Assembly: GCF_009914755.1 (NCBI RefSeq)
Contig: NC_060937.1
Direction: 5' to 3' (one strand)
Length of the DNA: 64,000 nucleotides
From: the human T2T-CHM13v2.0 reference genome, Homo sapiens
The translations under genes were made by a program, and so were the position numbers. The notes under the pieces are model-generated. The model made no database searches. It worked only from the letters and a program-made list of their open reading frames with translations, and was not told the origin of the DNA. How positions within the stretch are numbered: the first letter of the stretch is position 1; every line of letters begins with the position of its first letter. Below are positions 1-12,618 of the stretch, in pieces.

Positions 1-985
1 AAATGTCAAATCCCAAGCATGTTCAGTAGAGCATGGCTTCAGGGTGATGATTTTAAGAGTGTGGCTATACAAACTTTAACTGGAGGACATGATGTTAAGA
101 ATGTTTTAAGTGTGTGCCTAGTAGGGCTTCAAAGAATCTTAAGGTCATCACCTTTAGACCTTCTCTCTTAGATAATAGGTACCATAAGAATCTTAAGTGC
201 ATGCCTCAAGACTCTTCCAGCTAAACAAAAAAGCTTCTGAGGATCTTAAGGGTGTTGTCCCACAGTGCCCTGACTCTTGGCTTAAACAAAGAGCCTCTAT
301 AGGTAAACTGTGAATATGTCTTTTGTGTAATGAAGTATATTATAATCTGATAGACAAGGAATCTGTAAAGTTTTTAAAAGGATTATATCAGCTTGGACTG
401 AAGTGGTCATAGTACAAAATAAAGTGTTTTGGATCCCTACCCACCCTCCTAAACTACAATAAGCAGTAAGAAAGTAGAGGAAACATTCAGATGCTAACAG
501 CTTATATTTTACGGAAACAGAAAGATGACTTGGAAGAAACAAGAAACCAAGACACAAGCCAAAAACCATGAAAAACCCTTCCTCAGAAACAGAGTAATTC
601 AAAGAGTTAGCAATGTGTGCCCAGCTGGATTTCATAATTGCTATGGACCAATGACTGCCACGTGTCTTCCATTTCCCTTGTTTTCGAGTGATCATGTCAT
701 TTGTGGTTTTTCTATGGCTGTCCAACACTGTATGTCAAGTGCCTGCATACAGATAACTTGTCTCTTTGGTTCACAGGTCATCAAATAGAGAAAACCCACC
801 CCAGAGAAGGCTCATCTACACCTGGACCTGATTTAGACATTAAAACCCTGAACCATAGAACTTGAACTTAAAGCCGTAATGGTATGGAACTTCAGATGGA
901 GGGTGTGTTAGGAAGTAAGGAGAGGCGGATAGGCAAGGTACATTTTGCATGGGGCAAATTATAAATAATTTGTGGTAAGAGAATG
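1..985 (+). mobile_element. MaLR internal sequence (MLT1-int, 3' part), running off the window start
   Basis: Motifs such as ccagctggatttcataattgctatggacca, cagataacttgtctctttggttcacagg and ttttgcatggggc resemble the MLT1-int 3' end; an MLT1 LTR follows directly. Confidence 0.6.
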
Positions 986-987
986 AA

Positions 988-1506
988 TTCTAGTGAATTA
1001 AAGAGGGTCAATTTTTTTTTAACATTCTTCCTATTTCCTCCATTAAATTTGGAATGAGCTCTCTGACTGCTTTGAACAACAGATTATAAGAAGATGCTGT
1101 GCCATTTTCCATGCCCAGAATTTAGGAGCCTGCTAGCTTCTACAACCTGTTCCTTGGAAAACTTGCTCTAAAAAACCTGCCACCACCATTCTCTAAGAGC
1201 CCAAACCACATAGAGGGTCACATGTAGACACTCCAGCTGACAGCCCTAGCAGAGCCCCAGCTGAGCTCTCATGCAAAGAGAACATCCACGGCCACCACGT
1301 GCAGGAGCCCTCTTGGATTTTCAACCCAATGAAGCCTTCAGAAGACTACACCAGTGACCAACGGACTGTAGCTACATGAAAGACACTGAGCTAGAGCCTT
1401 ACACTTGTGCCCAGCAACCCTCAGGGCTGTGTATAAGACAATTCTTTTTTGACTTAAGTCTCTAAGTTTGGGGGTAGTTTGTTACCCTACAATAGATCAT
1501 TGATAA

Positions 1507-1510
<4 letters not shown>
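988..1510 (+). mobile_element. MLT1 (G/H-like) LTR
   Basis: Core ccagctgacagccctagcagagccccagctgag and 3' end taagtctctaagtttgggggtagtttgttac...aatagatcattgata are typical of MLT1G/H LTRs. Confidence 0.75.

Positions 1511-1545
<35 letters not shown>
1509..1545. repeat. (CA)n microsatellite
   Basis: Direct dinucleotide run. Confidence 0.95.
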
Positions 1546-1547
<2 letters not shown>

Positions 1548-1674
1548 TTTCCAAATATATATATTTTCACATATGTATGTAAGTGTGTATATATCTGAAT
1601 ATGAAACAGAAAGAATTAATATTCATATTATGTAGATGACTGCTGCAAGTCAATTAAAAAAACAAAAGAACTCA

Positions 1675-2005
<331 letters not shown>

Positions 2006-2016
2006 AAAAGAACTCA

Positions 2017-2790
2017 ATACAAAAAAGTGAACAAGGAATATGAAGAGGCAAATCAAGGGAAAAATAAAAATAAACAAACATATAAAAAGAAGCTCTCACG
2101 CTACAGAGAAGTGCAAATTAAAACAAGACAACTGTTTTCTTCCATCTAATTGGCACAAATTAAGATGACTGATAAATCTAGTTCCAGAGGATGCTTGAAA
2201 AAAAAATCAATTCCATTGTCAACTAATAGTGGCAGTATAATTGGTATTTACTTTTATAGAGAGCAATTCGTGTGATTTTTAAATTTTAATTCCTATATCC
2301 TTCCATCTAGCAAATACGCTTCTAAGACCTTAGCCAAAAGAAATATTTGTGTATACATACACGCACATACCCATATGTATGTATACATACAGATGAACCA
2401 AGATGTTCTTTGTAGCATTGTTTGTAATAGTTAAAATTGGAAACAACCCCGACTTCGTAAGTAATAATGAAATATCCATAGTATATAAAGATTTAGAGAA
2501 TGAACTGGATATACATTATTGACATGAAAAGATATCCATGATACATTTTTAAGTAAAAAAGACAGTTGTAGAACACTATGTATAAAGTCCATGGAGTCTT
2601 TAAAGTGTGCTTGCATTGATACACCTCTACGTACATTTGCAAGTTTTATGAAAGAAAAAGTCCATAATGATTTGCATGAAATATTGCCAGGAATGGGTAC
2701 AGAGTAATGTTCAAAGACGAAGGGTGCATGCATTTCCATATGTTTAACATCTTTTACAATGAGCAGATAGTTATGGATTATATCTGAGAC
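2017..2790 (+). mobile_element. Old L1M (L1ME-like) 3' fragment
   Basis: Degenerate ORF2 end and 3'UTR motifs (gtgcaaattaaaacaag, tgtagcattgtttgtaatag, aaattggaaacaacc). Confidence 0.7.
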
Positions 2791-2807
2791 TTCAAAATGT
2801 GCCCACT

Positions 2808-2808
2808 T

Positions 2809-2843
<35 letters not shown>
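2808..2843. repeat. (CT)n(CA)n compound microsatellite
   Basis: Direct. Confidence 0.9.
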
Positions 2844-2845
<2 letters not shown>

Positions 2846-5099
2846 ATGACAACTGTCAGGGCGGGAAGTGTCAGCAGCATTCAAACCTCATGGTATTGAG
2901 CAGACCGGCAGTAGTTGAAAAGGAAAACAGAATCAAGGAGAGGATTTCGCAAGTGAGAGACAATTAAACTTGTCTGAGTGCTGAGCAGGAGGACTCGGAG
3001 GAGGCAGGAAGTGGTGAAGTTGCGGGAGATGATTCACACTAGGAGGGAACAAGATCTGGAGCCCTCAGAGAGATGCTGGCCATAGTGTAACTGTGGGACT
3101 GGCCTCGGAAGGAGGTGGGAAACATCTTCCCAGTGGAGTGGCCTCTGATTTGTTCTGTTCATCTCGTCCACCTTCTCCAGAACAAAACCAAGCACAATAG
3201 GCTAAAACAAGTATACTAGGTTGTATTTACAGATAAAGTTTACCCCAGGTATAGCCATAACTAATTACAAAATACCTGATAACTTCCTCCCCTAGGTCCT
3301 CTTTGTCACCTTCCAGATTGTAGATCTCTATTTCCCTTTCCCCAGACTCCTTGCCTCCAACAGGCCCATGTGCTAAGCCATAATGCACATTCAAGAAGTA
3401 ATTGCTGCAGCTCAGGGCAACTGCAATACTCCACAAAGGAACTGCACATCAAAACTTAGATCTTCACAAGAAGGTGTCCCTAGAAGGTGAGCCCTCGCTC
3501 CTACTCTAGTTCTTCCATTTTCAGGTCTGAACACTGATACCTCCCTTCACCCAGAGCATCCCATGGGAAATGGGATCTGGTCTGTGAGCAAAAGCTGGCT
3601 GCATCCTCTCCTTCTGGATCAGTTTTGTCACCAGTGACAGCTGGAAGCCTCTTGATCTCTTGATATTGGTAACCTATTTCTTAAAACATTAAAACCATGG
3701 AGGCAACACAATCTAATCCCACTTTGGGGAGAAAATGACGTATTTATGCTATTATCAAATCTCTGGCCTCAAGGAGTAATGAACTGCTCCTCGCTGTGAG
3801 GAACTCTGTTCTCTGTCCTATGCAGCCTGCAGCCTCACGACAAAGCCACACCAGCTTCGACTGGTTGCTCGTTTGCTACCTGGGGCGATGGCACCAACTT
3901 CCATTACATTGTATTTAGCCTGGGTCTGTCTCCAATGTCTTCTGGGAGTGGCTTGCCAGTTCCTCTCATCACGTGATTACCACAAAGCTCTCATGCGTTG
4001 TGACAAATGTGATTTCTCCCTGGCTACTACACGGCCTGTTCAGGCAATGACTACTTTTAGGCAGAGGTTCTAGTCCCTAGTTTTATTCCCAGAGCCGTCT
4101 TCTATTTTAATGCTCCATTTTGCTCTAAGAACCGAACCATGCCCATAGAAGTCCCACAGGATTTTTGTAGAAAGGCAAACTTCCTCCCACGCCGGAATTA
4201 ATGAGCCCCTCTTGCTGTCAACTGTAGTTTAATGGATTTCACCATTCTGTGTATTTTCACACCCACAACAGAGAGTCATACAAAGGCAACTTAATTCAGG
4301 AGTGACCTTTGAGTTCCTCGCTTGGCAGTGTCGTAAATCTTGGGGTGTGGCAGGTTTATTCCTTTCTCTGTGATTTCCATAGGAGGCTTCGCCTTATGCG
4401 TGGCACAGACTTAAAATTGTTGCAAAAATGCTATCTCTGTCTCAAATGGCTGATAATCATTGCATTCTATCAACCCTGGTGATAATTTATCCCTATTTAT
4501 TTCCCAAATTTAATTTTTTACTAGACTGTCTTTCAAAGATTGTGTCATCATGGTGCATAATATTACAACAAACTGAAAAGAAAAATGACTTCTGTTCTCT
4601 TCATTGCAGCATCTTCTTTTGTTATTTTCCTGCTGATGCTCAAACATTACCAAAGTTAGGGCTTCTCTTTACATTTTAATTTTTCTTCCTATTATCATAA
4701 GTCATTTTATCATCACCTTTCCTCCCCACCTTTAAATTAAATGCAAGCGCACCACATGAGTTCGAGGTGAAGAAACAGATCTCCAAAGTACAGCTGGTTA
4801 ACTTGTATAAGCTTTGCAGTCAGATACAAATTAATATTAAATAATGAGTTCTAGACCTATCCCAACTTAATTCCCTTTCTCCACATGCCTTATTTATACT
4901 TAACTCTTTGTTGAGCATCAGGTAAACAGTGGTGCATAAAAGTGAGCAAAGCATTTTCTCCATCATTAAAGATGGCTCGATCTCACGGAAGAGAGAACCA
5001 AGTTTTAAAAGAATGACAGTATGTTTCTATAATAGTAATGAGAAAAATGCATATAGTGTTTTGAGAGCAAATGTGAGAGACAGCAGAACGTGCAGCAAA

Positions 5100-5520
5100 C
5101 TGTTGCTGTGCCTCCAGTCTCGCTTCTCTCTTCCTGGAGGGTACACCCCTCTCTGCTTGCAGAGATACTCCTGCATCCCCGGGAGGTTCACGTCCACCTC
5201 CCCCTTTCCTGCCTAAAGAGGTGAGCATGTGACCCAAGAAAGGCCAATCACAAGACCCCCATCCTCCTGGTTGCAGTGACTGGTCCAGGATGAGCACATG
5301 ACCTAAGGTGGGCCAATTACAAGGCCCCATCTTCCTGGCCACTGTTATTGGTGCAGAATGAGCACATGACCTAAGGTGGGCCAATCACAAGGCCTCATCA
5401 TCCTGACCACTATGATTGGCCCAGAATGAGCACATGATCCAAGCTGGTCAATAAATATTCCTTGAGAATTTTTTCCACAGATGCTGAGAGAGAAAAGGTC
5501 CTGTGTTGACAAATAAAGGT
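5100..5520 (+). mobile_element. ERVL LTR (LTR16/LTR33-like) with an internal 68-69-bp tandem repeat
   Basis: The motif gagca(c/t)atgacc(c/t)aag..ggccaatca, characteristic of LTR16/LTR33/MLT1K, recurs at 5223, 5292, 5360 and 5428. Confidence 0.65.
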
Positions 5521-6126
5521 AGACTTTGCTTAAGTTTATTTGAACCAGGTTTTGCTCACTCACAACTGAATGAGTCTTGACTAGCAGAGAAGGCATTCTA
5601 AAAAGGGAGCAACACTGATGGCGAGAATGTAACACAGTGAGGACACAGCAGCTATGAACAAGAGCCCTCGGGGTCCCACCAGTCAAGCCACCTTGCAGCC
5701 GTGCACTGCCGTTTTAACCCTGTCACTTGCTCTGTATTCTGCCAGAGCGAAGACTGCGAGTATGTGGTAGCCAAAATGGTAAGACATATACAAAAGAAAT
5801 AGGTTGTCAATGCAGCAGATTATTCTAACCATTCTGGACAATCCTGGAATACCAAATAGAATTGCTTTTTATAATCTTCTGAAATAAGTAAAGATGCCTG
5901 TGATCGATTTTTCATCCAATTCATAAGAAATAATACTGTATTAAAAATACAGTGAACAAAATAAAAACCCTAATAAGGGCTAAAACTAGACATGGTAAAA
6001 TTTTAATCCCCAAAATTTCACCCACAATGAAACAGGCTTGGTAGAAGTGACAGGTACAGTATAAATCTTAAAATGGAATAAAAATGAATTAAGAATGTTA
6101 ATACTGTGAAATAATGCATTCAGTAT

Positions 6127-6491
6127 TGATATGGTTTGGCTGTGTCCCCACCTATATCTCATCTTGAATTGTAGCTCCTATAATTCCCATGTGCTCTGGG
6201 AGGGACCCAGTGGGAGATAATTGAATCATGGGGGCGGTTCCCCCCATACTCTTCTCCTGGTAATGAATAAGTCACACGAGGTCTGATGGTTTGATAAGGG
6301 GAAAGCCCTTTCACTTGGTTCTCATTTTCTCTCTTGTCTGTCCCCATGTAAGACGTGCCTTTTGCCTTCCACCATGATTGTGAGGCCTCCCCAGCCACAT
6401 GGAACTTATGAGTTCATTAAACCTCTTTTTCTTTACAAATTACCCAGTCTCGGGTGTGTCTTTATTAGCAGTGTGAACATGGACTAATACA
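6127..6491 (+). mobile_element. THE1 (THE1C-like) solo LTR
   Basis: Begins tgatatggtttggctgtgtcccc and ends ggactaataca; 5-bp flanks agtat/attat. Confidence 0.92.
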
Positions 6492-6779
6492 ATTATTATG
6501 ATAGAAAGATGCTTAATTAATAAAATTAAAGTATAAAATTAACACAAAAATTTTTCTAATGATACTATTTCAATAACATTTCAAAATGCTAAATTGTATA
6601 TAATGCAATTGTGCTACATAAGCATTTAGACAAGCAATAATTTGGTTTACCGTGTTGGGTAGAGAAAACATCCTCTCAATAAAAATCACCTTGAGGTTAA
6701 CTTAGTAGGATTAGAACATATTGATTCCACATGTACATCAATTTGGCTGAAGTGCATATTTCAAGGGAAGAAGTTTCAA

Positions 6780-8320
6780 AAAATGAAAAAATGAAGGCCT
6801 AGGAGGGTACAGATTATGAAGGATGAAGCAAGCCATGCTAAAGGCTTTGGACTTTATCCTGAGGACTATTGGGAATCTATGAATCACTTTAAGAATGGGA
6901 GGAACCCAATCAAGTCAAATCCTAGCTCTGTGGAGGAATGAGATCAGAGGCCAGATTAATGAGAATCTGACCCGGTACTCCAGGAGTGGCATGATGAGTG
7001 TCTTAATTTAAGAGAGGTCCAAGGAATGGAGGGAAGGCAAGAGGTACTAGAGATACTATGTCAGTGACTGACAGGACTTCATGACTAACTGGATATTGGG
7101 AGGGGGGAGAATGAAAACTCACTCCCAGGATCCCAGTTTGTACATTTGGACACCTTTTGGCAAGAAAGAAAATAAAAGAGTATGGGCTCTGGTGAGGAAG
7201 GTGATGAGTTCACTTTGGATGACTGAATCTGAAGTGAATGCAGATGTCCATTAATCAGCTTGAATCTATTGTTCAGGAGAAGGATGCGGTCTGGAGAGAA
7301 GTGGCCTGGTGCATCAGTGTGTAGTTGATAGAAAAAGCCATCAGAGAAAATTAGTTCACCGAGAAATACTAGCAATGAAGGAAACAGAATTAAGTGGGGA
7401 AACCTGAGTTTTGTTTGTTTTGTTCTTAGGTTAATGGCCATGTAGAGCTCTGTATGCTTTATGTATATTAATTTGCTTAACCTTCATAACAAGCATATGA
7501 GATAAATACATCTTTATCACCTTTTTAAATATATAATTGAAGAAACTGAGGGCCAAATAAGTGAAGTATTCTGTCCAAGGTGACAGATATAGTAAGTGGC
7601 ATGGTCAGCAGTCAGACTCATGTGATCTGGACTCAGAGGCTAAGCTTTAACCACAAGGCTGTACTATCCCTTATGTGTGCTGAACACCACACATAAGTAA
7701 GGGAGGGGCAGAAGAGAATCCAAGGGAGAAAATCAAAATAAAACATCAGAGAAGAGAGAGGGAAGGCAGAGGGTGTGGTATCACAAAAGAAGAGAAAGGA
7801 TGGATTTTAAGGAGGACGTGGCCAAGAATGCAACATGACAGAGAGGGGCCGTGAGTGTCAAGGGCTGAAAAGTGGCCCCTGAGCAGTGATAGGTGGGTTC
7901 TGCCTGTCTTTTCTGTGCAAGGTTAGAGGCAAAAGCCACAAGAAAGTAGACAGAGGGGAGAAACGGAAGTGATGAAATGGAGATGACAAACATAGAAAAC
8001 TCTGTTCTTCCCTTCACAGCCAAGTTTCTTTAACAAGATGGCAGTAGTTGAAGACTCATTCACATGTGACGGGAGGGAGGGATACAAGGAAACTTAAACA
8101 GGACAGCTCAGCTCAGAGGATGGGGAAGCAGGCGAAAGGAGCTTCAGCCAAGTAAATTTAGTTTCACACTTGAAGTTAGAGATGAGGCTATTTGCCAAAA
8201 ATGACAAGGTGGACGAAGACCCAGGAGTTAAAAGAGCATGCCAAAGGATTGAAATAGCTATTGTGGGGTGTAAGAGAGAAAAACTGACTGGAAATTTTTT
8301 TTAAAGTGATATCATCACTG
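6780..8320 (-). mobile_element. L2 LINE fragments, interrupted by a MIR
   Basis: ggctttggactttatcctgagg, gagttcactttgga and ggtctggagag are typical of antisense L2. Confidence 0.65.
7435..7670 (-). mobile_element. MIR
   Basis: MIR core in reverse: gaagaaactgagggcc...ccaaggtgacag...agtaagtggc. Confidence 0.75.
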
Positions 8321-8807
8321 ATCCTGGAAGGGCAGCTATAGGTCGTGATGTGCTGACAGCAGTCCCAAATTATGGTTGTGTTGGTGTCATTGTTTCTCTT
8401 TCAAAAGGGTTCCTATTTGGAGGATTTGGTAACCCCCATTTTAGGAGATTTCATAAGAAAGGAACTTATAGCAGGGATCATTCTACACAGGTTTTCAAGA
8501 ATGAAGTTCATTGTCTACAGTGTGGGCTCAGTGAGAACCCATGGGGGATATCATACCAATCTCAGTATCAAACGATTAATTATTTAAGTATGTGTACTGT
8601 GTATCTTGTAACTAATAGGACAACCCTCTAGGCATCCATTTCTAATAAATTTAGAGCAAAATTTATGGCACATCCCAAGCAAATATAGGAGTCTATAACA
8701 CACATTTTGTGTTCTGACATTATTTTTGTGTCTAGTAGTATTTTACTTTTAAAGTATTACATTTCTTTGCCTGTCACTTTAATTTTTAACTTTATGATAT
8801 AAAATAC

Positions 8808-9239
8808 TGATATAGTTTGGATATTTGTCTCCACCCAAATCTCATGTAATCCCCAGTGTTGGAAGTGGGGTCTCATGGGAGGTATTTGGATCATGGGGGC
8901 GAATCCCTCTTGAATAGCTTGGGTCATCTCCTTGGTGATAAGTGAGCTCTGACTCCGAGTTCTCACGAGATCTGGTCATTTAAAAGTGTGTGGCACCTCC
9001 TCCCCTCCTTCCTGACTGTGTCTCTCACCTGTTCCTGCTTTTGTCATGTGATGTGCCTGCTGCCCCTTTGCCTTCCACCATGATTGTAAGCCACCTGAGG
9101 CCTCCCTGGAAGCTGAGCAGATGCCCACGCCATGCTCCTGGTAAAGGCTGCAGAACTGTGAGCCAATTAAACCTTTCTTCTTGATAAATTATACAGCCTC
9201 AGGTATTTCTTTGTACCAATGCAAGAATGACTTAATACA
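8808..9239 (+). mobile_element. MSTA/MSTB solo LTR
   Basis: Begins tgatatagtttggatatttgtc and ends cttaataca; 5-bp flanks aatac/aatgc. Confidence 0.9.
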
Positions 9240-9639
9240 AATGCACACAGATTTTTTAAATACCTTAAATCTTTTCTGAAATAAGAGGTTCCCTTCAGTC
9301 TTTCAATCACTCATTCTTATTTTTTTAAATAATAAGTAGGACAGTTATAAAATGTAAAGCCATAAAGAAACAGATAATTGTTTTTTATAAGTTTCAGAAG
9401 ATCTTTCTAATTTGTCAAGAAAAATCAGCCAGGAAACTGAAATATGAGCTTTATGATTAGGTAATGTGATAGGGACAGAAATCCTTACACGATTTTGATG
9501 CCCATTTCCTGAGCTGAAATGGTGAGATGTGGTAGGTACTATGAGTTTTCTATAAGGCTCACTTTTGTTCTTTTTTCTTTAGTTTAATGAAATCCAGTTG
9601 CAGGGGTGGCGGGGAGGATGTGTGCTCCTCTCATACCCT

Positions 9640-10882
9640 CAAAGCATGAAGGAAAAGTGACATAGCCAATTATGGTAATTCTTTATTACCTAACCAGTTA
9701 TTGGTTTAGGATCAGGCATGTGATCCCATTTTGATCAGTTTAAGCAGGTGTCATATGAGCATCTTCCTAGAAAAATATTACTTCCTAAAAAATGCTCAGT
9801 ATCACTAGTAATCAGGGAAATGCTAAACAAAACCACAATGTGATACCACCTTACTCCTGCAAAAATGGCCACAATCAAAAAATCAGAAAATAATAGATGT
9901 CGGAGTGAATGTGATGAACAGGGAAAACTTCTACACTGCTATAGGAATGTAAAGTAGTACAACCTCTATGGAAAACAGTATGGAGATTCCTTAAAGAACT
10001 AAAAGTAGACCTACCAATTGATCCAGCAATCCCACTACTCAGTATCTACCCAGAGGAAAAGAAGTCATTATATGAAAAAGATACTTGCACATGCAAGTTT
10101 ATAACAACACAATTCACAAGTCCAAAGATATGGAACCAGCCCAAATGCCCATCAATCAACAAGTGGATAAAGAAATTGTGGTAAATATATATCATGGAAT
10201 ACTACTCAGCCATAAAAAGGAATTAAATAATGGCATTTGCAGCAGCCTGGAAGTGGAGACCATTACTCTACGTGAAGTAATTCAGGAATGGAAAACCAAA
10301 CATTGTATGTTCTCGCTCATAAGTGAGAGCTAAGATATGAGGATGCAAAGACAAGAATGATACAATGGACTTTGGGGAGTCAGGTGAAAGGGTGAGAGAG
10401 GGGTGAGGGATAAAAGACTACACGTTGGGTACAGTGTACACGGCTTAGCTGATGGGTCCACCAAAATCTCAGAAATCACCACTAAAGAACTTATTCATGT
10501 AACCAAACACCACCTGTTTCCCAAAAACCTATTGAAATTAAAAAATAATAATAATAAAAAGAAAAATATTATTATCTAATAAAAAGAGACCCACAGGGTG
10601 AGGAACTTGCCATCCCATCCCAGAAACATCCCTTCCTGTACATCCCAATGATTTTCAGCCATTAGATACGAATATCAGAGTTTATGATGTTTGCATCAAC
10701 TGCCATTTTAAGACCAAGAGAAGACTGAAAGAGAAGTCAGAAACCTGAAGCCATCAAACTGAAGATGAATAGCTGGTGAATAGCTGCCCTTCTCTTTATG
10801 TGAAGAAAAGTAAGCTGCCGTTGTCTACATTTCAATTAATCAAGTATTATTACTTGTAGTTAAAAGCAGTTTAACAAATACA
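9640..10882 (+). mobile_element. Old MLT1K/LTR33-like LTR split by an L1PB insertion
   Basis: ttggtttaggatcaggcatgtgatccca lies before the L1; tacttgtagttaaaagcagtttaacaaataca forms the LTR-type terminus after it. Confidence 0.5.
9787..10560 (+). mobile_element. 5'-truncated L1PB (L1PB1-like)
   Basis: ORF2 end plus L1PB 3'UTR (aaatcaccactaaagaacttattcatgtaacc); degenerate TSD gaaaaatattacttcct/gaaaaatattattatct. Confidence 0.88.
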
Positions 10883-12618
10883 CAAACCTTCTAGATACAA
10901 AAACAAAACTCACCCCTCAGGGGTCAGCTCCAGATTCTAGAGGATTTGTCACACAGCTGGTCACCTTGGTGGGAACAGTGAAGAAATGGGATGCAATCTC
11001 TTATACCGAAGTTCCTTCACTGCCTCCATCACTGTTCTAAAGAGACAACATATTTTTAGTAAACTCAAAGCAATACATTCTTAAAAGTATTATTTCATGT
11101 AAATTTATATGTAGATGAATTACAACAAGATGAAACCCTTGGTGGTGGGTTAGTGGTTGCATTTAATTTTCTTTTGCCATTGTCCGTTTTTAATTTATTG
11201 AATTTTCAGCGTATGCTACTTTCACAATCAGAAAATGACAAATATTATCTATAAAATAAAAGTATAGTTTCTGCCTTATCATTTCAACACCAATCAAGAA
11301 CCAAAAGCAAGGTGGCACCAGTCAGCAAGCCTTAAATTAAAGGGTGTTTTCCCAGTTTCTGGTTAAGATAGGAATGCAAGACACAGTAAAGGTGACAGGT
11401 ATGTATTTACACAGCACAGTCCCAACAACAATCATAGCTTTAAAGCAAAACCTCTCACTCTTCTTCTTCCCTGTTTTATAGTTTAATTTCTGCCTGCAGT
11501 TGTCTTCCTTTTTTCATCTGTCTTATTCTCACTAGTCAAGGCACAAAATGCAACACAACCCTTGGCTAGAGCCTATTATTATATTAAAAGGATAAAAGAA
11601 GTTTGTTTTGTCGTGGTATTGTAAAATTGCATATCCCTTAAACATCTATCAAGTTGTTTCATGTGAAAATCTTTCCTTGCTGCCAATATAAGTCATATTT
11701 CAATTTATTTCATTTATTCATGTTCAGTCTTCTAAAATATATAGAGTAAGAGGTAGTCTATTTTTAATCTACTAGACTGATGATGAAATCACAATATGAC
11801 TTTAGTGACCATTTGAAGGCTCATTAGGTGGCATTGTCTGAGGAATTTGTTATGACTATAATTTTAGAAGCAGAATATATGGTTCAAACAAGACCTAAGG
11901 ACCCTTCAGAATTCATTGCCCTTTCAGTAGCAAATTTTTTTAAAGCAGTAGCTTTTAGAATTTTGCATACAATGTTTTTAGAAATGGTCTTTCCATAAAA
12001 TCTCTGGGCCTAAAATATGTCTTCAATTAATATATAGGTAATCAATAAAATGCCACATTATTAATTCACCTTACAGGTACTTTAATGATTTTTAACATCG
12101 TAATATTCAACTAGTGAATAAAGGAGGTAGCCTTTCATTTAAATTGGTGGTTGAACTTTGTAATTACTTCAGATGTTATTGCTGATGTTTCAAAAGCTTT
12201 CCAGTGGAATTTTTCTCAAATTAGGTATTGGACTGATATGCTTAACCTTAGGCCTCATCTTGATGCCTCTAGACAGTAAGATGAAAGAATTAGTTTTATC
12301 TTACAATATGTACCAGACTTTCAACTAATAAGAAAACTAGAATTAAAAGACTGTTCTAGGACAAAGATCATGATATCCAGGATTAAATTTTATATTATGG
12401 GAAGTTATTTCTTATTAAATTGGTTCACTTTTGCAAAACTCTTCTTTGGAAATACTTTAAGACAAAGAAAAATATCCATCCTGTTGGAAATACTTAAAAA
12501 AAAAAGAAAAACATAATCAAAGTCTGTTGTTATATTCATTAATTAATGGATACCATAATATACACATAACATTCATCAGTAAATACATTTAATTCTCTTG
12601 GTTAAAAGAGGTTTTGGA

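Noticed and set aside
297-788. Overlapping 143-aa and 87-aa ORFs
   Set aside because: They lie in decayed MaLR internal sequence and show no protein family motifs.
5223-5455. CRISPR-like regular repeat
   Set aside because: The context is eukaryotic, whole units are homologous with no unique spacers, and there are no cas genes.
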